Assembly: GCA_050250935.1 (NCBI GenBank)
Contig: JBFWNS010000001.1
Span: forward strand, 160,001-224,000
From: Candidatus Margulisiibacteriota bacterium
GTDB taxonomy: Bacteria > Margulisbacteria > Marinamargulisbacteria > JBFWNS01
Direction of reading: 5' to 3'
Length of the DNA: 64,000 bases
Position 1 is the stretch's first letter, and each line of letters begins with the position of its first letter. The position numbers and the translations under genes are program-made. Below the pieces are notes generated by a model. The model was not told the DNA's origin. It ran no database searches and was given only the letters and a program-made list of their open reading frames with translations. Of this stretch, positions 27,433 through 38,419 are shown piece after piece.

Positions 27433-28778
27433 GGCGTAAACTCGCCTTCCCATTTGGCAACGACAACGGTTGCCAAGCAGTTCCCTAAAACGTTAACCGC
27501 TGTACGACCCATGTCCATCAAGGCATCGATACCTAAAATCAAGAAAATGGGTTCAACTGGCAGATTGAATTGGGCGGCAGTACCCAAAAGAATCACCAAG
27601 GAAGCTCGGGCAACGCCGGCCACGCCTTTGCTGGTCAACATCAGGGTAAACCCAATCAAAAGCTGATGCATAATCGACAAATGAATCCCGGCCGCCTGTG
27701 CCACAAAAACAGTGGCCAAAGACAAATACAAGGTTGTTCCATCCAAATTGAAGCTATACCCCGTTGGAATTACAAAAGACACGATTTTTCGGGGAACCCC
27801 AATCGATTCCATCCCTTCCATGGCCTTGGGCAATGCAGACTCTGAACTGGCGGTACCAAAGGCAATCACAACAGGCTCTGCAACCGCTTTTAAAAAGGCT
27901 TTGATCGGAACACGAACGATTAAGGCAATCGGTAAAAGCACACACAACACAAAGACGATAAGCGCCACATAAAGGGTTAACAACAGCTGGAACAAATTCA
28001 CCAAAACGCCAAGACCCATGTTCCCAACCGTATAGGCAATGGCACCCCCTACCCCAATTGGGGCAAAGAGCATCACCACATCGGTGAACTTGAACATAAC
28101 CTCGGACAATCCTTCAAAAAACGACACCATGGGGGCTTTGTACTTTTCTTTAACCATGGCCAACCCAATGGCAAAAAAGATGCTGAACACCACAATTTGA
28201 AGAATTTCCCCATTGGCAACAGACTTGGCAATGTTTTCTGGGAAAATGTGCAACACAATGTCATGAAAAGATTGTTTTTGAACTTGAACCACTTCAGCAT
28301 GCAGGTTGGCTGGCATGTGAATCCCAACCCCGGCTTTGCTGACGTTAATGGCAAATAACCCAACCACCAAAGCAATGGTGGTGACCAACTCGAAGTAAAT
28401 GATGGATTTTAAACCCATACGTCCAACTTGTTTAAGGTTGGAATGTCCGGCAATCCCAACCACCAAAGTTGCAAACAACAGTGGGGCAATGATTGTTTTG
28501 ATCAAATGCAAGAAAATTTCGCTTAAAATTTTCAGATTAACCGCAACAGCTGGCAAATCGTGGCCAACCAAAATACCAATCACCATGCTGATAAAAATAA
28601 AAACCGTTAAAGACCGTTTTTGAAACCCATAAGCCAAAAGCCCAAGACTGGCCACCAAATGCCCCCCGTACAATAAAGGCTGGGACACCGGTGCAAGATC
28701 ATACAGATGTAAGACCTGTAAAATAGCCGCTACTGTCACCGACAGAATAGCCGCCCAAACGGAAACGGATTTACTCAT
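27411..28778 (-). CDS. Dicarboxylate/amino acid:cation symporter (GltP/GltT-like)
   Basis: FGTASSE, GYSFNLDG, DMGRTAVN. Confidence 0.95.
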   Translation of the reverse strand: MSKSVSVWAAILSVTVAAILQVLHLYDLAPVSQPLLYGGHLVASLGLLAYGFQKRSLTVFIFISMVIGILVGHDLPAVAVNLKILSEIFLHLIKTIIAPLLFATLVVGIAGHSNLKQVGRMGLKSIIYFELVTTIALVVGLFAINVSKAGVGIHMPANLHAEVVQVQKQSFHDIVLHIFPENIAKSVANGEILQIVVFSIFFAIGLAMVKEKYKAPMVSFFEGLSEVMFKFTDVVMLFAPIGVGGAIAYTVGNMGLGVLVNLFQLLLTLYVALIVFVLCVLLPIALIVRVPIKAFLKAVAEPVVIAFGTASSESALPKAMEGMESIGVPRKIVSFVIPTGYSFNLDGTTLYLSLATVFVAQAAGIHLSIMHQLLIGFTLMLTSKGVAGVARASLVILLGTAAQFNLPVEPIFLILGIDALMDMGRTAVNVLGNCLATVVVAKWEGEFTPIVNTNT

Positions 28779-28872
28779 GCAATACTCCTTTTGAAATCAA
28801 AAATAAGGCTAAAAAAATTGGGATGAAGGCAGTATGATTGCAGAATCGGCAAGATTTAGTCAAGGAAAGTGA

Positions 28873-29361
28873 ATGTCTAACCTAACCATCAGAAGTGTGC
28901 TTGGTCTCGTTTTTTGGGTTCTTTTTTGCCCGATGGCGATGGCCCATGTGTTTTCTGGGCGGGTGGTTCATGTTAGCGATGGGGACACGATTGTGGTTTT
29001 GCAGGACAATCGCCACAGCACAAAAATTCGGCTGGCCGCCATTGATTGTCCAGAAAAATCCCAACCCTTTGGACGCCAAGCCCAACGGTTTACCCAAGCG
29101 TTTTGCGACGGCCAACGCGTGACAGTTACCACCACCAAAAAAGACCGATACGGCCGAACCATTGGCACGGTTCAAGTGGGATCAAAACGGTTGGATATCG
29201 CCCTATTGGAAGCCGGCCTGGCCTGGCATTACCGCTATTTTGACCACGATCCGGCCTTGGATGCTCTTGAACAACAGGCCAGGGCCGAGCGCAAGGGGCT
29301 GTGGTCCGAGGCCAATCCCACCCCACCCTGGGACTATCGCAAAGCGCGTCGGCGGCGGTAA
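28873..29361 (+). CDS. Secreted thermonuclease (SNase family)
   Basis: Signal peptide, DGDT, RLAAIDCPE, DRYGR, GLW. Confidence 0.93.
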   Translation: MSNLTIRSVLGLVFWVLFCPMAMAHVFSGRVVHVSDGDTIVVLQDNRHSTKIRLAAIDCPEKSQPFGRQAQRFTQAFCDGQRVTVTTTKKDRYGRTIGTVQVGSKRLDIALLEAGLAWHYRYFDHDPALDALEQQARAERKGLWSEANPTPPWDYRKARRRR

Positions 29362-30344
29362 GTGGTTTTTTCCAGCCACAAATAGTCGGCTTTGAGAACC
29401 ACTCGCCAGAGCCCTGGCAGGTCCAAGCCAATGGATTGATCGGTTTGAATCAGCTGCATCAACGTGTCGATATGGCCGGCGCTGACCACTTGTTCTGCCC
29501 CCAGTTCCGCCCGCTGTTGAGCTTGGGATAAAAAGCGCCACAACACATGGCTTAAAATGGGTTTTGGAAGGGGTTTTAGTAGGGCAAAGGGCACCGAAAA
29601 GCCCGTCTCGCAGGTCATGAATCTGGCCAAAATTGGAGCGGCTTGTTCTTCCCAGTACTGGGCCTTTTCTTGGGCTGTTGCCGCGGCCTTCAACAGTGTC
29701 TCTTCGAAAGTCGGGTTGATGCTGGACAGTAGGGGCAGAACTTGATGTCGGATTTTGTTGCGCAAAAAAGTTGGCTCGAGATTGGTTGTATCGGTTACAA
29801 AGCCCATTTTTTGTTTTGCCAAAAACCCCAGAATCTCGGCTTTTCTGAGGCCTAAAAGGGGTCGGTGCAGAGTCAGGCCATCGCCCAAATCGGAAGCCGG
29901 GGTGATGCCGGCCCAGCCGCTGCCCGTCCCCCGAATCCATTGCAGCAAGAGGGTTTCGATGTGGTCATCGCGGTGATGGCCAGTCAAAACATGGGCAATG
30001 CCCTGGGATTTTGCCAGGGTTTTTAGGGCTTTTCTTCGTAAATGATGTCCTGCCTCTTCCACAGACATTCCGGTTTCGGCTGCGGTTTGTTGGATAGGCA
30101 AAGACTGTTGGACCAAAACAACATCCAGCGCTTGGGCACAGGCTGTTACGATCGCTTTTTCTGCTGCCAAAACCTCGGGGGCTCGCAGACCATGGTCGAA
30201 ATACACGGCCCTCTTTGTTCCAGTAAAAAAAGTGGCAACTTGGTGAAGTAAAAATGTACTGTCCGGCCCGCCTGAAAATGCGACCAAAACGGCGTCGGTT
30301 GACGACAGGCTTTCAAACCGAACCTTGGGGTGGAGGGGACTCAC
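29334..30344 (-). CDS. tilS: tRNA(Ile)-lysidine synthetase
   Basis: PP-loop AFSGGPDS, GHHRDD, RPLL, RNKIR. Confidence 0.93.
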   Translation of the reverse strand: MSPLHPKVRFESLSSTDAVLVAFSGGPDSTFLLHQVATFFTGTKRAVYFDHGLRAPEVLAAEKAIVTACAQALDVVLVQQSLPIQQTAAETGMSVEEAGHHLRRKALKTLAKSQGIAHVLTGHHRDDHIETLLLQWIRGTGSGWAGITPASDLGDGLTLHRPLLGLRKAEILGFLAKQKMGFVTDTTNLEPTFLRNKIRHQVLPLLSSINPTFEETLLKAAATAQEKAQYWEEQAAPILARFMTCETGFSVPFALLKPLPKPILSHVLWRFLSQAQQRAELGAEQVVSAGHIDTLMQLIQTDQSIGLDLPGLWRVVLKADYLWLEKTTYRRRRALR

Positions 30345-31891
30345 ATTTCTTGGGGTGCAGTTATGCCCAGAATATGCAAAAGCTGGGCCAACATGGTTTG
30401 GGTTTTTTCCAAAATCACCAGGCGGGGGGCTTGTTGTTCGGGAGGGGCTTTTAGCAAGGGGCAGGTTTCATAAAAGGCATGAAACAGTTTTGCGGTTTCC
30501 AAGGCCGCTTGGGCCACCCGATGCGGGGCCATTTGATGGGCAAAATCCCAGAGATCGTTGGGCAGTTGAATCCAGTTTAAGAGCAGGGCCCTTTCGGCTT
30601 TTTCCAAGGTGGTTGGGGCTTCTGCTTTGGGCAAGGTAGCCGACACTTCGGCCAATTTTTTAAGAATGCCACAGAGTCTGGCGTGGGCATATTGAATGGT
30701 AAAAACTGGGTTTTCGTTGGTTTTTTTGGCGGCCAGTTCCACATCAAAATCCATGTGGGTATCAGGGCTTTTTTGAATCAAGAAATAGCGGATGGCATCG
30801 GAACCCACTTCTTCGATTACCTCGTCAAAGGTCACCATTTCGCCAGTTCGTTTGGACATGCGAAACGGCTCTCCGCCCCGCACCAGGCTGACCAATTGGC
30901 CAATTAAAACCACCAATTCTTGGGGTTTTTCGGCTTCGGAAACGGCCTCGACGGCGGCTTTGACCCGGGCCACATAGCCATGGTGGTCGGCGCCCCAGAT
31001 GTTGATAAGACGATCATAGCCCCGGGACAATTTGTCTCGGTGATAGGCAATGTCCACCAAGAAATAGGTGTAGGCACCATCGGCTTTAACCAAGACCCGG
31101 TCTTTTTCGTCGCCAAAGGCTGTGGATTTAAACCATAACGCCCCGTCTTGGGTATAGCTGAGGTCTTTTTGAGCCAAGAGCCTTAACACCCCATCGATGG
31201 CTTGGTTTTGATATAAAGTTTTTTCGGAGAACCACCGATCGAACGCCACCCCCACCGAGGCCAGGGTTCGGCGATGGGCTTCGAGATTGGCTTGGAGCGG
31301 GTCGGCATCCGAAGCGGCTAAATCGTGGATATAAGCGCCTTGATAGCCCCCTTCTGGAACGGGCTTTCCTTCGCGAACTGCAGCCACACTCTCATAAAAT
31401 TTTTGAATCTGATTACCGGCATCGTTGATGTAAAACTCGGTGGACACCGGTTGGCCCACAAAGCGCAATAACTGGGCCAAAGCACTGCCCAAAACCGCCC
31501 ACCGGCCATGCCCAATGTGCAAAGGACCTGTGGGGTTGGCCGATACATATTCAAGCAAGGTGGTCGCCGTTGTTTTGGGAAAGGTTAGGGTGACTTGGTC
31601 TGCGGCTTTCCATATCCAAGCATCGCTCAGTTTGAGATTCAAAAACCCATTCAAGGCTTCAAACCGAAGGCCTTGGGATTCCCATTCAGCATTCAAAATG
31701 CCAGCAAAGTCTTCGGCAATTTGTTTGGGAGCTTTGCGCAGGGTTTTGGCCAATTGAAACGCGACATTGGTGGCAAAATCCCCATGGTCACTGTGGGCTG
31801 GGACATCCATCACAATGGGAACCGGCAACACGATATTTGCTTGGGCCAAGGTTGTTTTAATTTGATCGGCCAATACCTGTCTAATGAGCAT
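30341..31891 (-). CDS. argS: Arginyl-tRNA synthetase
   Basis: SANPTGPLHIGH, WGADHHGY, MSKR, QYAHAR. Confidence 0.97.
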   Translation of the reverse strand: MLIRQVLADQIKTTLAQANIVLPVPIVMDVPAHSDHGDFATNVAFQLAKTLRKAPKQIAEDFAGILNAEWESQGLRFEALNGFLNLKLSDAWIWKAADQVTLTFPKTTATTLLEYVSANPTGPLHIGHGRWAVLGSALAQLLRFVGQPVSTEFYINDAGNQIQKFYESVAAVREGKPVPEGGYQGAYIHDLAASDADPLQANLEAHRRTLASVGVAFDRWFSEKTLYQNQAIDGVLRLLAQKDLSYTQDGALWFKSTAFGDEKDRVLVKADGAYTYFLVDIAYHRDKLSRGYDRLINIWGADHHGYVARVKAAVEAVSEAEKPQELVVLIGQLVSLVRGGEPFRMSKRTGEMVTFDEVIEEVGSDAIRYFLIQKSPDTHMDFDVELAAKKTNENPVFTIQYAHARLCGILKKLAEVSATLPKAEAPTTLEKAERALLLNWIQLPNDLWDFAHQMAPHRVAQAALETAKLFHAFYETCPLLKAPPEQQAPRLVILEKTQTMLAQLLHILGITAPQEM

Positions 31892-31893
31892 GG

Positions 31894-33585
31894 TTATTCT
31901 TTTACCCCATCCATCATTTTTTTCACAGGGGGGGTTTTGGACAAGAGGGCCAAAAACTCGGCCCGGGTAATGGGGGTTTTGGGGTTAAACACAGGACCAG
32001 GCGCAATAAGACCGGCATTGAGTGCGGCTTGTAAATAGGGTCTAGACCAATGGTGACGGGGAACATCTCGGTAGGGTAAGCGAATTTTTGGAGCATCGGG
32101 AAGGGGAAGGCCCAACCATTTCACCACAGCGGCAACCGCTTCTGCTCGGGCAACCGGTAAAACGGCTTCCCACTCTTGAAGGGGTTGCAAGGGCACTGGA
32201 CCCGTTTGGGTATATTGCCCCAAAGCCTGCATCCACGCCATTAAATCGCGCTTTAACACCAGCGATTTGGGCTCGAAGTGTGCTTGATCGGGAACAATGC
32301 CCACACCACGGAACAATACCGCCACCGATTCGACCCAGTGTCCTTTCATATCCTCGAAAGGAACCAGCCGGACTACGTTGACAGTAACAACCCCACCCTC
32401 TGCTGCCAGCCAAAGGGTGTTGGGGCCTGTTTCAAGCGGGACTGAAGTGGTTAGCTGAGCGTTAAACGTCGCCACCCAAGCACCCAAAGACGCCGTCCCC
32501 TGGCTTCCTTTTGGAACCCGAAAGGTCACGGAAACGGTTGGGGATAGGGTATAGGCAGGGGCTTCGATTCGGCTTCCTTTTTTTGAGGGGGCTAGGGCGG
32601 CAACATAGGCAAAGGCTGCTTCGTTAACCGATGCTACCGAATCCGTTGGCAATATCATTAAGGGCTTGGCCAGGGCCACAAAGGTCGGTTGCTTGGACAG
32701 AGCCAACACCAGATCCGCAACGGTGATGGTGTCGGTAGGGGCCTTCATGGCCGATTCAGAAATGACCCCTTGCTTGTAGGCCCAGACCATCAGACGCTGA
32801 TACCAAGCCCCACTTGCTTTTGGCAAAGACTGCTGGTCTGGGGGGGCTTTTCGCCACAGGGCTATGACCATATCCAACCGTGTCGCGGGTTGTTTTTCTC
32901 CAAAATCTCCTTGGGTATTGTTCCCCATCCACCCCTGTTTTTGAACGTAGCGCACAGCATCTTTGGGGTCTGGGCGATGACGGTTATCTGGCACATTTTC
33001 CAATTGATAAAACGCATAGGCCAACATTTCTCGGGTAATGGGCGTGGTCAGATCGGTTACCCCAGGATGAAACAGCGGCAATTTAAGCAAAGCAATAAGG
33101 GCATCTCGGTTCGCCGTTGGGTAGGCCGCAATGGACAATCCCGGAACCAACTGGTACACCCGAAGCACGGTGTGCCACAACCGGTTTTCACCAACGACTG
33201 CACTCACCCAAATGGTGTTCATGCCCGGCGCTGACAAGGGCATATCCAGCACAAACCGTCCGTCGTTTCGAACCGATACGGATTGATTATTCACAAAAAC
33301 AGGTCGCACAAACGGGTTGGTTCCTTTTAATAAGAAAGTAGGTTTGGTCGTTAAAAAAACGGTAGAGGGACTGTGCAGCAAAATCCCCTCTTGGGTTGTC
33401 GTGGTCCGGGGTTTCGCTGCTTCAGGTTGAACCAAAATAGGGACTTCGACGGCCTCGGCTTCAGCCTCTGTGGCCACCTGAACCTCTTGCTGGGGCGGAC
33501 GTTGACCAAAGGCCATCACCAAGGGATGCCCGCCAACAAGTCCCAGTCCAACCAACATCGCTATTAGCAATTTTTTGTGTCTCAA
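31894..33585 (-). CDS. Exported S-layer homology (SLH) domain protein
   Basis: Signal peptide and SLH motifs (FEDMKGHW, YRDVPRHHW...FNPKTPITRAE). Confidence 0.8.
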   Translation of the reverse strand: MRHKKLLIAMLVGLGLVGGHPLVMAFGQRPPQQEVQVATEAEAEAVEVPILVQPEAAKPRTTTTQEGILLHSPSTVFLTTKPTFLLKGTNPFVRPVFVNNQSVSVRNDGRFVLDMPLSAPGMNTIWVSAVVGENRLWHTVLRVYQLVPGLSIAAYPTANRDALIALLKLPLFHPGVTDLTTPITREMLAYAFYQLENVPDNRHRPDPKDAVRYVQKQGWMGNNTQGDFGEKQPATRLDMVIALWRKAPPDQQSLPKASGAWYQRLMVWAYKQGVISESAMKAPTDTITVADLVLALSKQPTFVALAKPLMILPTDSVASVNEAAFAYVAALAPSKKGSRIEAPAYTLSPTVSVTFRVPKGSQGTASLGAWVATFNAQLTTSVPLETGPNTLWLAAEGGVVTVNVVRLVPFEDMKGHWVESVAVLFRGVGIVPDQAHFEPKSLVLKRDLMAWMQALGQYTQTGPVPLQPLQEWEAVLPVARAEAVAAVVKWLGLPLPDAPKIRLPYRDVPRHHWSRPYLQAALNAGLIAPGPVFNPKTPITRAEFLALLSKTPPVKKMMDGVKE

Positions 33586-33595
33586 TGGATTACCC

Positions 33596-33671
<76 letters not shown>

Positions 33672-33787
33672 ACGTTTTTTGTCTATATTTGCAAGAAAGG
33701 GTAGTTTATTATACGCGCAGTTCATGGTCAAATTGCGGTAAATCTTGTGGAACAAAGTCCCATACTTCTCGGTCTTCTAGGAAAGCT

Positions 33788-35008
33788 ATGAAATATCTCA
33801 GTCTCTTTTTATGCCTTTTAGTGGGATGGACCTCGACCTCTTGTGCGGTTGGATTGGAAGACTGTGTTCAATTGGGTTTTACCAAAAATCCCAGCGTATT
33901 GGCCCAGAAAGAATCGTTGGAATCCGCAGCCCTGCAAGTCAAATTGGCCCAGGCCGATTATGGCCCTAGCTTGGGGCTTGGGGGATCTGTTTCTCAAGGG
34001 TTTTCACCCAATACCAACACCAGCTACGATGCAGGGCTTTCCCTGTCCCAAAAATTGCTGCCTATGGTGGTTAGCCAACCCGAAGTCAAGCAAGCCCAAG
34101 CGCTGTTGGCGGCGCAACGGGCAACCTATTTGGGTCTTTTGGCCCAGTTGCGCTACGACATCACAGCCGCGTATTTCGATGTGGTTTTTGCTCAAAAAAC
34201 ACTGGTCTTAACCCAAAAAATCGCGACCCGAAGAAAAACCAATGCCGAGCTGGTTCAATCCCGGTACGAAGCAGGCCGTGAACACAAGGGCTCCTACCTT
34301 CGGGTTAAAGCCCAGGCCGATCAAGCCGCTTTGGATGTGATTCAAGCCAAACGCGCCATTCAAGTGGCCACCCTAAGCTTATGGCGAACCATTGGGGCCA
34401 CAGCTGAAGGCCCCTTGTCGGACTCACTCCCCACACCCGTTTTACCGCCGCTGTCTCGATTACCCGAACTGGCCGAAAAAACCCCCGATGTTCTGGCTGC
34501 TCAAGCCAAACTAGACGCAGCCGTACAAGGCATTGATGTCGCCCAAAATCGCTATGGTCTGATGGTTTCTGGGAGCTTGGGGCTGGACCAAAGCGGTGGA
34601 TTTTCTTCTGGAAGTTCAACATCGGCCTCTGGAAAACTATCTGCAAGCTTCCCTCTATATACCAGTGGCAAAAAAGAAGCGGATATCGAAACTTCAATAC
34701 GGGCTCAAACCCAAGCCGATCAGGTGCTTAATCAAACCCGTCTAACCCTTAAAAACAGCCTTGAAACCAGTTTTTTAAACGCCCAAAATGCCCAAGAAAA
34801 TGCAGCGCTTCAAACCCAGTTTGTGGGCGCAGCCCAAACCCGGTCCGAAATCGCCCAGGCCCAATACAGTTCGGGTCTACTGTCCTATGACAATTGGGAT
34901 CTGATTGAAAACGATCTGATTGCCCAACAAAAAAATGCCCTGAATACGGCCAAACAAGCCCTCTTGTCCGTTGCAAAATTTGATCAACTCTGTGGAAAGG
35001 GATTGTAA
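33788..35008 (+). CDS. TolC family outer-membrane efflux protein
   Basis: Signal peptide MKYLSLF, OEP repeats (TAAYFDV, RYEAG, QYSSG). Confidence 0.88.
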   Translation: MKYLSLFLCLLVGWTSTSCAVGLEDCVQLGFTKNPSVLAQKESLESAALQVKLAQADYGPSLGLGGSVSQGFSPNTNTSYDAGLSLSQKLLPMVVSQPEVKQAQALLAAQRATYLGLLAQLRYDITAAYFDVVFAQKTLVLTQKIATRRKTNAELVQSRYEAGREHKGSYLRVKAQADQAALDVIQAKRAIQVATLSLWRTIGATAEGPLSDSLPTPVLPPLSRLPELAEKTPDVLAAQAKLDAAVQGIDVAQNRYGLMVSGSLGLDQSGGFSSGSSTSASGKLSASFPLYTSGKKEADIETSIRAQTQADQVLNQTRLTLKNSLETSFLNAQNAQENAALQTQFVGAAQTRSEIAQAQYSSGLLSYDNWDLIENDLIAQQKNALNTAKQALLSVAKFDQLCGKGL

Positions 35009-35994
35009 TGACTTCTAAAAAATGGATTTTTTGGCTGATTGTACTGGGCCTGGCCTGTGGCAGCGGCTATTGGTATTTTTTGAAACCCTCGCCCCGCTCA
35101 ACCCAAGCCACTTTCGACAGCTTCACGGTGAAAAGAGGAACCATCGAACAAATCATCACGGCCACGGGAACGGTGTCTCCCCAAAATCGGGTCGAGGTGA
35201 AGGCCCCTATTTCGGGGCGAATTGAATCGTTGTTGGTGGCTGAAGGCGATTCGGTGAAAGCCGGTCAGGTGATTGCTTGGTTAAGCTCTACAGAACGGTC
35301 GGCCCTCTTGGATTTGGCGCGAATTAAAGGCCCCAAAGCCCTGGCCCACTGGGAAGACCTTTACAAACCCACCCCGTTAATCGCCCCCATCTCGGGTACT
35401 GTAATTTCCCGAAAAATGGAAGGCGGCCAAACCTTTACCCCGTCAGATCCCATTTTGGTGTTGGCCGATCGGTTGTTGGTGGATGCCCAGGTGGATGAAA
35501 CGGATATTGGCAAACTCAAGCTTGGGCAAACGGCCATCATCTCGTTGGACGCCTACCCCAATGTCCCCATTCCCGCCAAAATTACCCACATTGCCTACGA
35601 AGCCCAAACCGTGAATAACGTGACCATTTATGAGGTAGAACTAACCCCAACCCAACCGTTGCCTGCGTTTTTTAAAAGTGGGATGTCTGCCGACGTCAGT
35701 TTTACGATCATGCGACACGCCGATGTGTTGATGATCCCCCAATTGGCCATTGAATCTCGGGGGCGGGGCCATCGGGTTATTACCGACATTTCAACCCCAA
35801 AACCCAGCAAGACCCGCATCCGGGTGGGGCTTAGCGATGGCCAAAATACCGAAGTGCTGTCTGGTCTCAACGAAGGCGATACCGTGTACGTATCCAAAAC
35901 ACCACTCAAAAAACGAAAAGATGGCAACAGTCCCTTCATGCCAGGCGGTTCCCGTGGTGGGGGCCGAAATGGTGGCGGAGGCCGAAATCGGTGA
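35008..35994 (+). CDS. MacA-like periplasmic adaptor
   Basis: ATGTVSP, ISGRI, APISGTV, VDETDIG, SGLNEGD. Confidence 0.9.
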   Translation: MTSKKWIFWLIVLGLACGSGYWYFLKPSPRSTQATFDSFTVKRGTIEQIITATGTVSPQNRVEVKAPISGRIESLLVAEGDSVKAGQVIAWLSSTERSALLDLARIKGPKALAHWEDLYKPTPLIAPISGTVISRKMEGGQTFTPSDPILVLADRLLVDAQVDETDIGKLKLGQTAIISLDAYPNVPIPAKITHIAYEAQTVNNVTIYEVELTPTQPLPAFFKSGMSADVSFTIMRHADVLMIPQLAIESRGRGHRVITDISTPKPSKTRIRVGLSDGQNTEVLSGLNEGDTVYVSKTPLKKRKDGNSPFMPGGSRGGGRNGGGGRNR

Positions 35995-37952
35995 TCCACT
36001 GCCGCAACCTTACCAAACGCTATACGATGGGGGGCAGCACGGTCTATGCCCTTCATGATGTGTCTTTAACGATTGAAGCCGGGGAATTTGTGGCCATCAT
36101 GGGCCCTTCTGGGTCTGGAAAATCCACCTTGATGAATGTCTTAGGCCTTTTGGACACCGTTGATTCTGGAGAATACACCTTGCTGGGGAAACCCACCCAA
36201 CACTTGGATGAACTCGCTTTGGCCGAGCTTCGGGGCAGAACCCTGGGCTTTGTTTTTCAGCAATTTCATTTGCTTAAACGCACCTCGGCCCTAGAAAACG
36301 TGGCCTTGCCTTTGTTGTATACCACCGGCGAGGGCGCAGATCCTGCTGCATTGCTCGACCAAGTGGGACTTGCAAATCGGGCACATCATCACCCCAACGA
36401 ACTGTCGGGAGGACAACAACAACGGGTGGCCATTGCCCGAGCGCTGGTGAATCAACCGGCCCTGATTTTAGCCGACGAGCCTACCGGAAACTTGGATTCT
36501 CAAAGCCAAGACGACATCATGCAGTTGTTTAAAAGCCTCAATCAATCTGGCATTACCATCCTCTTGGTTACCCACGAAGAAGAGGTGGCCGCTCACGCTT
36601 CTCGGATCATTCGCATGCGCGATGGCCGCATTTTGTCGGATTCTAAACCCGCGCCGGACCCCGAAACCAGCCTCGGTGCCCTGCCCCTTTCCCAATCCCC
36701 TACTTTGGGTCAGTGGATCAAAAAAAGCTATGCCCATTTTACCCAAGCGTTTCGGTCGATTACCGCCAATAAATTGCGATCATTTTTGTCCATGTTGGGC
36801 ATTTTAATCGGAGTGGGTGCTGTTATTGCCATGATGGCCTTGGGAACCGGGGCTCAAAAATCCATCGAAGCGCGGTTATCGTCTTTGGGATCCAATCTGT
36901 TGGTTTTGCGCCCTGGCTCTTCCCAATCGCGGGGTGTCAGTTTGGAATCTGGGTCCATCAGCCGTCTTACCCAGGACGATAGCCTGGCCATTCGTGGTCT
37001 TCCCCATGTTCGGCGCACCAACGCCTCGGTCAATGGTCGGGTGCAAATCGATTTTGGCGATAAAAACAGCAATACCCAATTGTTAGGTGCCGAATCCAGC
37101 TATGCGGTGATGCGCGCCTCTGTCCCCGTTCTGGGTCGGTTTTATACCGAACAAGAAGACCGTTCCCGGGCCAAAGTCGCTGTGATTGGGGCCACCGTTG
37201 CTCAAGCCTTGTTTGGCGATCCCAAAAGCGACGATGTGCCCAATCCCGTGGGCAAATGGATTCGCATCAACCGGATTCGGTTTCAAGTCATTGGCCTGCT
37301 TCCCCCCAAAGGTGGCACGTCTTGGCGAGACGAAGACGATGTGGTTGTTATTCCCCTCACCACGGCCATGAAACGGGTTTTGGGCAAAGACTTCATCAAT
37401 AGCATCGATATCGAAGTGGATTCTTCGGACGCCATGACAGAGGTTCAAGACGCCACCCTGGCCTTGATGGACCAGCGCCACCCCACCCCAGGAACGGCCA
37501 AAGACGACGCCTATTCCATTCGCAATATGGCCGATATCCAAGATGCCCTCAATGCGACCAGTCAAACCTTTTCCATGCTCTTGTCCACCATTGCCACCAT
37601 CTCACTTTTGGTTGGGGGCATCGGCATTATGAACATCATGTTGGTTTCGGTGACCGAACGAACCCGGGAAATTGGCCTTCGCAAAGCCATCGGCGCCACT
37701 CCCACCGACATTTTGATGCAATTTCTGATCGAAGCCATTGTGGTGAGTCTGGCCGGGGGCGGCTTTGGGGTTCTCCTGGGCTGTGGAACCAGCTTGCTCA
37801 TTGGTCAAACCCTGGGGTGGACCATGATTATTTCCGTCCAAAGCATCGGCCTTGCCTTTGCCTTTTCTGCTGCCATTGGCATTGTTTTTGGGTTGTGGCC
37901 GGCAAAACGGGCCGCCAAGCTCAATCCCATCGACGCCTTGCGCCACGAATAA
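35991..37952 (+). CDS. macB: MacB-like ABC ATPase-permease fusion
   Basis: GPSGSGKS, LSGGQQQRV, ADEPTG, GGIGIMNIMLVSVTERTREIG. Confidence 0.92.
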   Translation: MIHCRNLTKRYTMGGSTVYALHDVSLTIEAGEFVAIMGPSGSGKSTLMNVLGLLDTVDSGEYTLLGKPTQHLDELALAELRGRTLGFVFQQFHLLKRTSALENVALPLLYTTGEGADPAALLDQVGLANRAHHHPNELSGGQQQRVAIARALVNQPALILADEPTGNLDSQSQDDIMQLFKSLNQSGITILLVTHEEEVAAHASRIIRMRDGRILSDSKPAPDPETSLGALPLSQSPTLGQWIKKSYAHFTQAFRSITANKLRSFLSMLGILIGVGAVIAMMALGTGAQKSIEARLSSLGSNLLVLRPGSSQSRGVSLESGSISRLTQDDSLAIRGLPHVRRTNASVNGRVQIDFGDKNSNTQLLGAESSYAVMRASVPVLGRFYTEQEDRSRAKVAVIGATVAQALFGDPKSDDVPNPVGKWIRINRIRFQVIGLLPPKGGTSWRDEDDVVVIPLTTAMKRVLGKDFINSIDIEVDSSDAMTEVQDATLALMDQRHPTPGTAKDDAYSIRNMADIQDALNATSQTFSMLLSTIATISLLVGGIGIMNIMLVSVTERTREIGLRKAIGATPTDILMQFLIEAIVVSLAGGGFGVLLGCGTSLLIGQTLGWTMIISVQSIGLAFAFSAAIGIVFGLWPAKRAAKLNPIDALRHE

Positions 37953-37955
37953 ACA

Positions 37956-37984
37956 TAGACAAATCCCCGTTTGTTTTATAGAAT
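37956..37984 (+). promoter_or_regulatory. Putative sigma70 promoter of the tRNA-Thr/tRNA-Phe pair
   Basis: TAGACA-N17-TAGAAT, then a GC-rich discriminator. Confidence 0.6.
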
Positions 37985-38004
37985 TCCAGGGCCCTAATCA
38001 GCAT

Positions 38005-38080
38005 GCCGACGTAGCTCAGCTGGTAGAGCAGCTGATTTGTAATCAGCCGGTCGTTGGTTCAAATCCGACCGTCGGCTCCA
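38005..38080 (+). tRNA. tRNA-Thr(TGT)
   Basis: Cloverleaf, anticodon loop TTTGTAA, CCA end. Confidence 0.96.
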
Positions 38081-38088
38081 GAGTTTTT

Positions 38089-38164
<76 letters not shown>

Positions 38165-38201
38165 GTTTCGCAGGGCGAAACTGGTGCATAATATCGTAAT
38201 A

Positions 38202-38322
38202 CACAAATGCACAGCATTTGTGGGTCGCCCCGTTGAAGTAAATTCAACGGGGCTCCCGCTGCGCGGCTTCTGTTACAGCTTTTTCCGGGGAAACGGGAAC
38301 TCCGTTCCTGGGACAAGTGGGG
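38202..38322 (+). repeat. Twin-hairpin element copy (homologue of the 21862 units)
   Basis: CACAAATG-CACAG-CATTTGTG-GGTC-GCCCCGTTGAA-GTAAA-TTCAACGGGGC-TCCCGCTGCGCGG... Confidence 0.9.
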
Positions 38323-38419
38323 AAGAATAGGCTGTTAAGCGGGTGTTGGGGGCGTGTCGCGGTTCGCCACAGCCGCCTTACGCTAGCCCCATCAGATAGA
38401 ATTCGCTACTATACAGCCC

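Noticed and set aside
29334..29361. Arg-rich overlapping C-termini of the thermonuclease and tilS
   Set aside because: A short convergent overlap in CGG/CCG-rich sequence, with no evidence of function.
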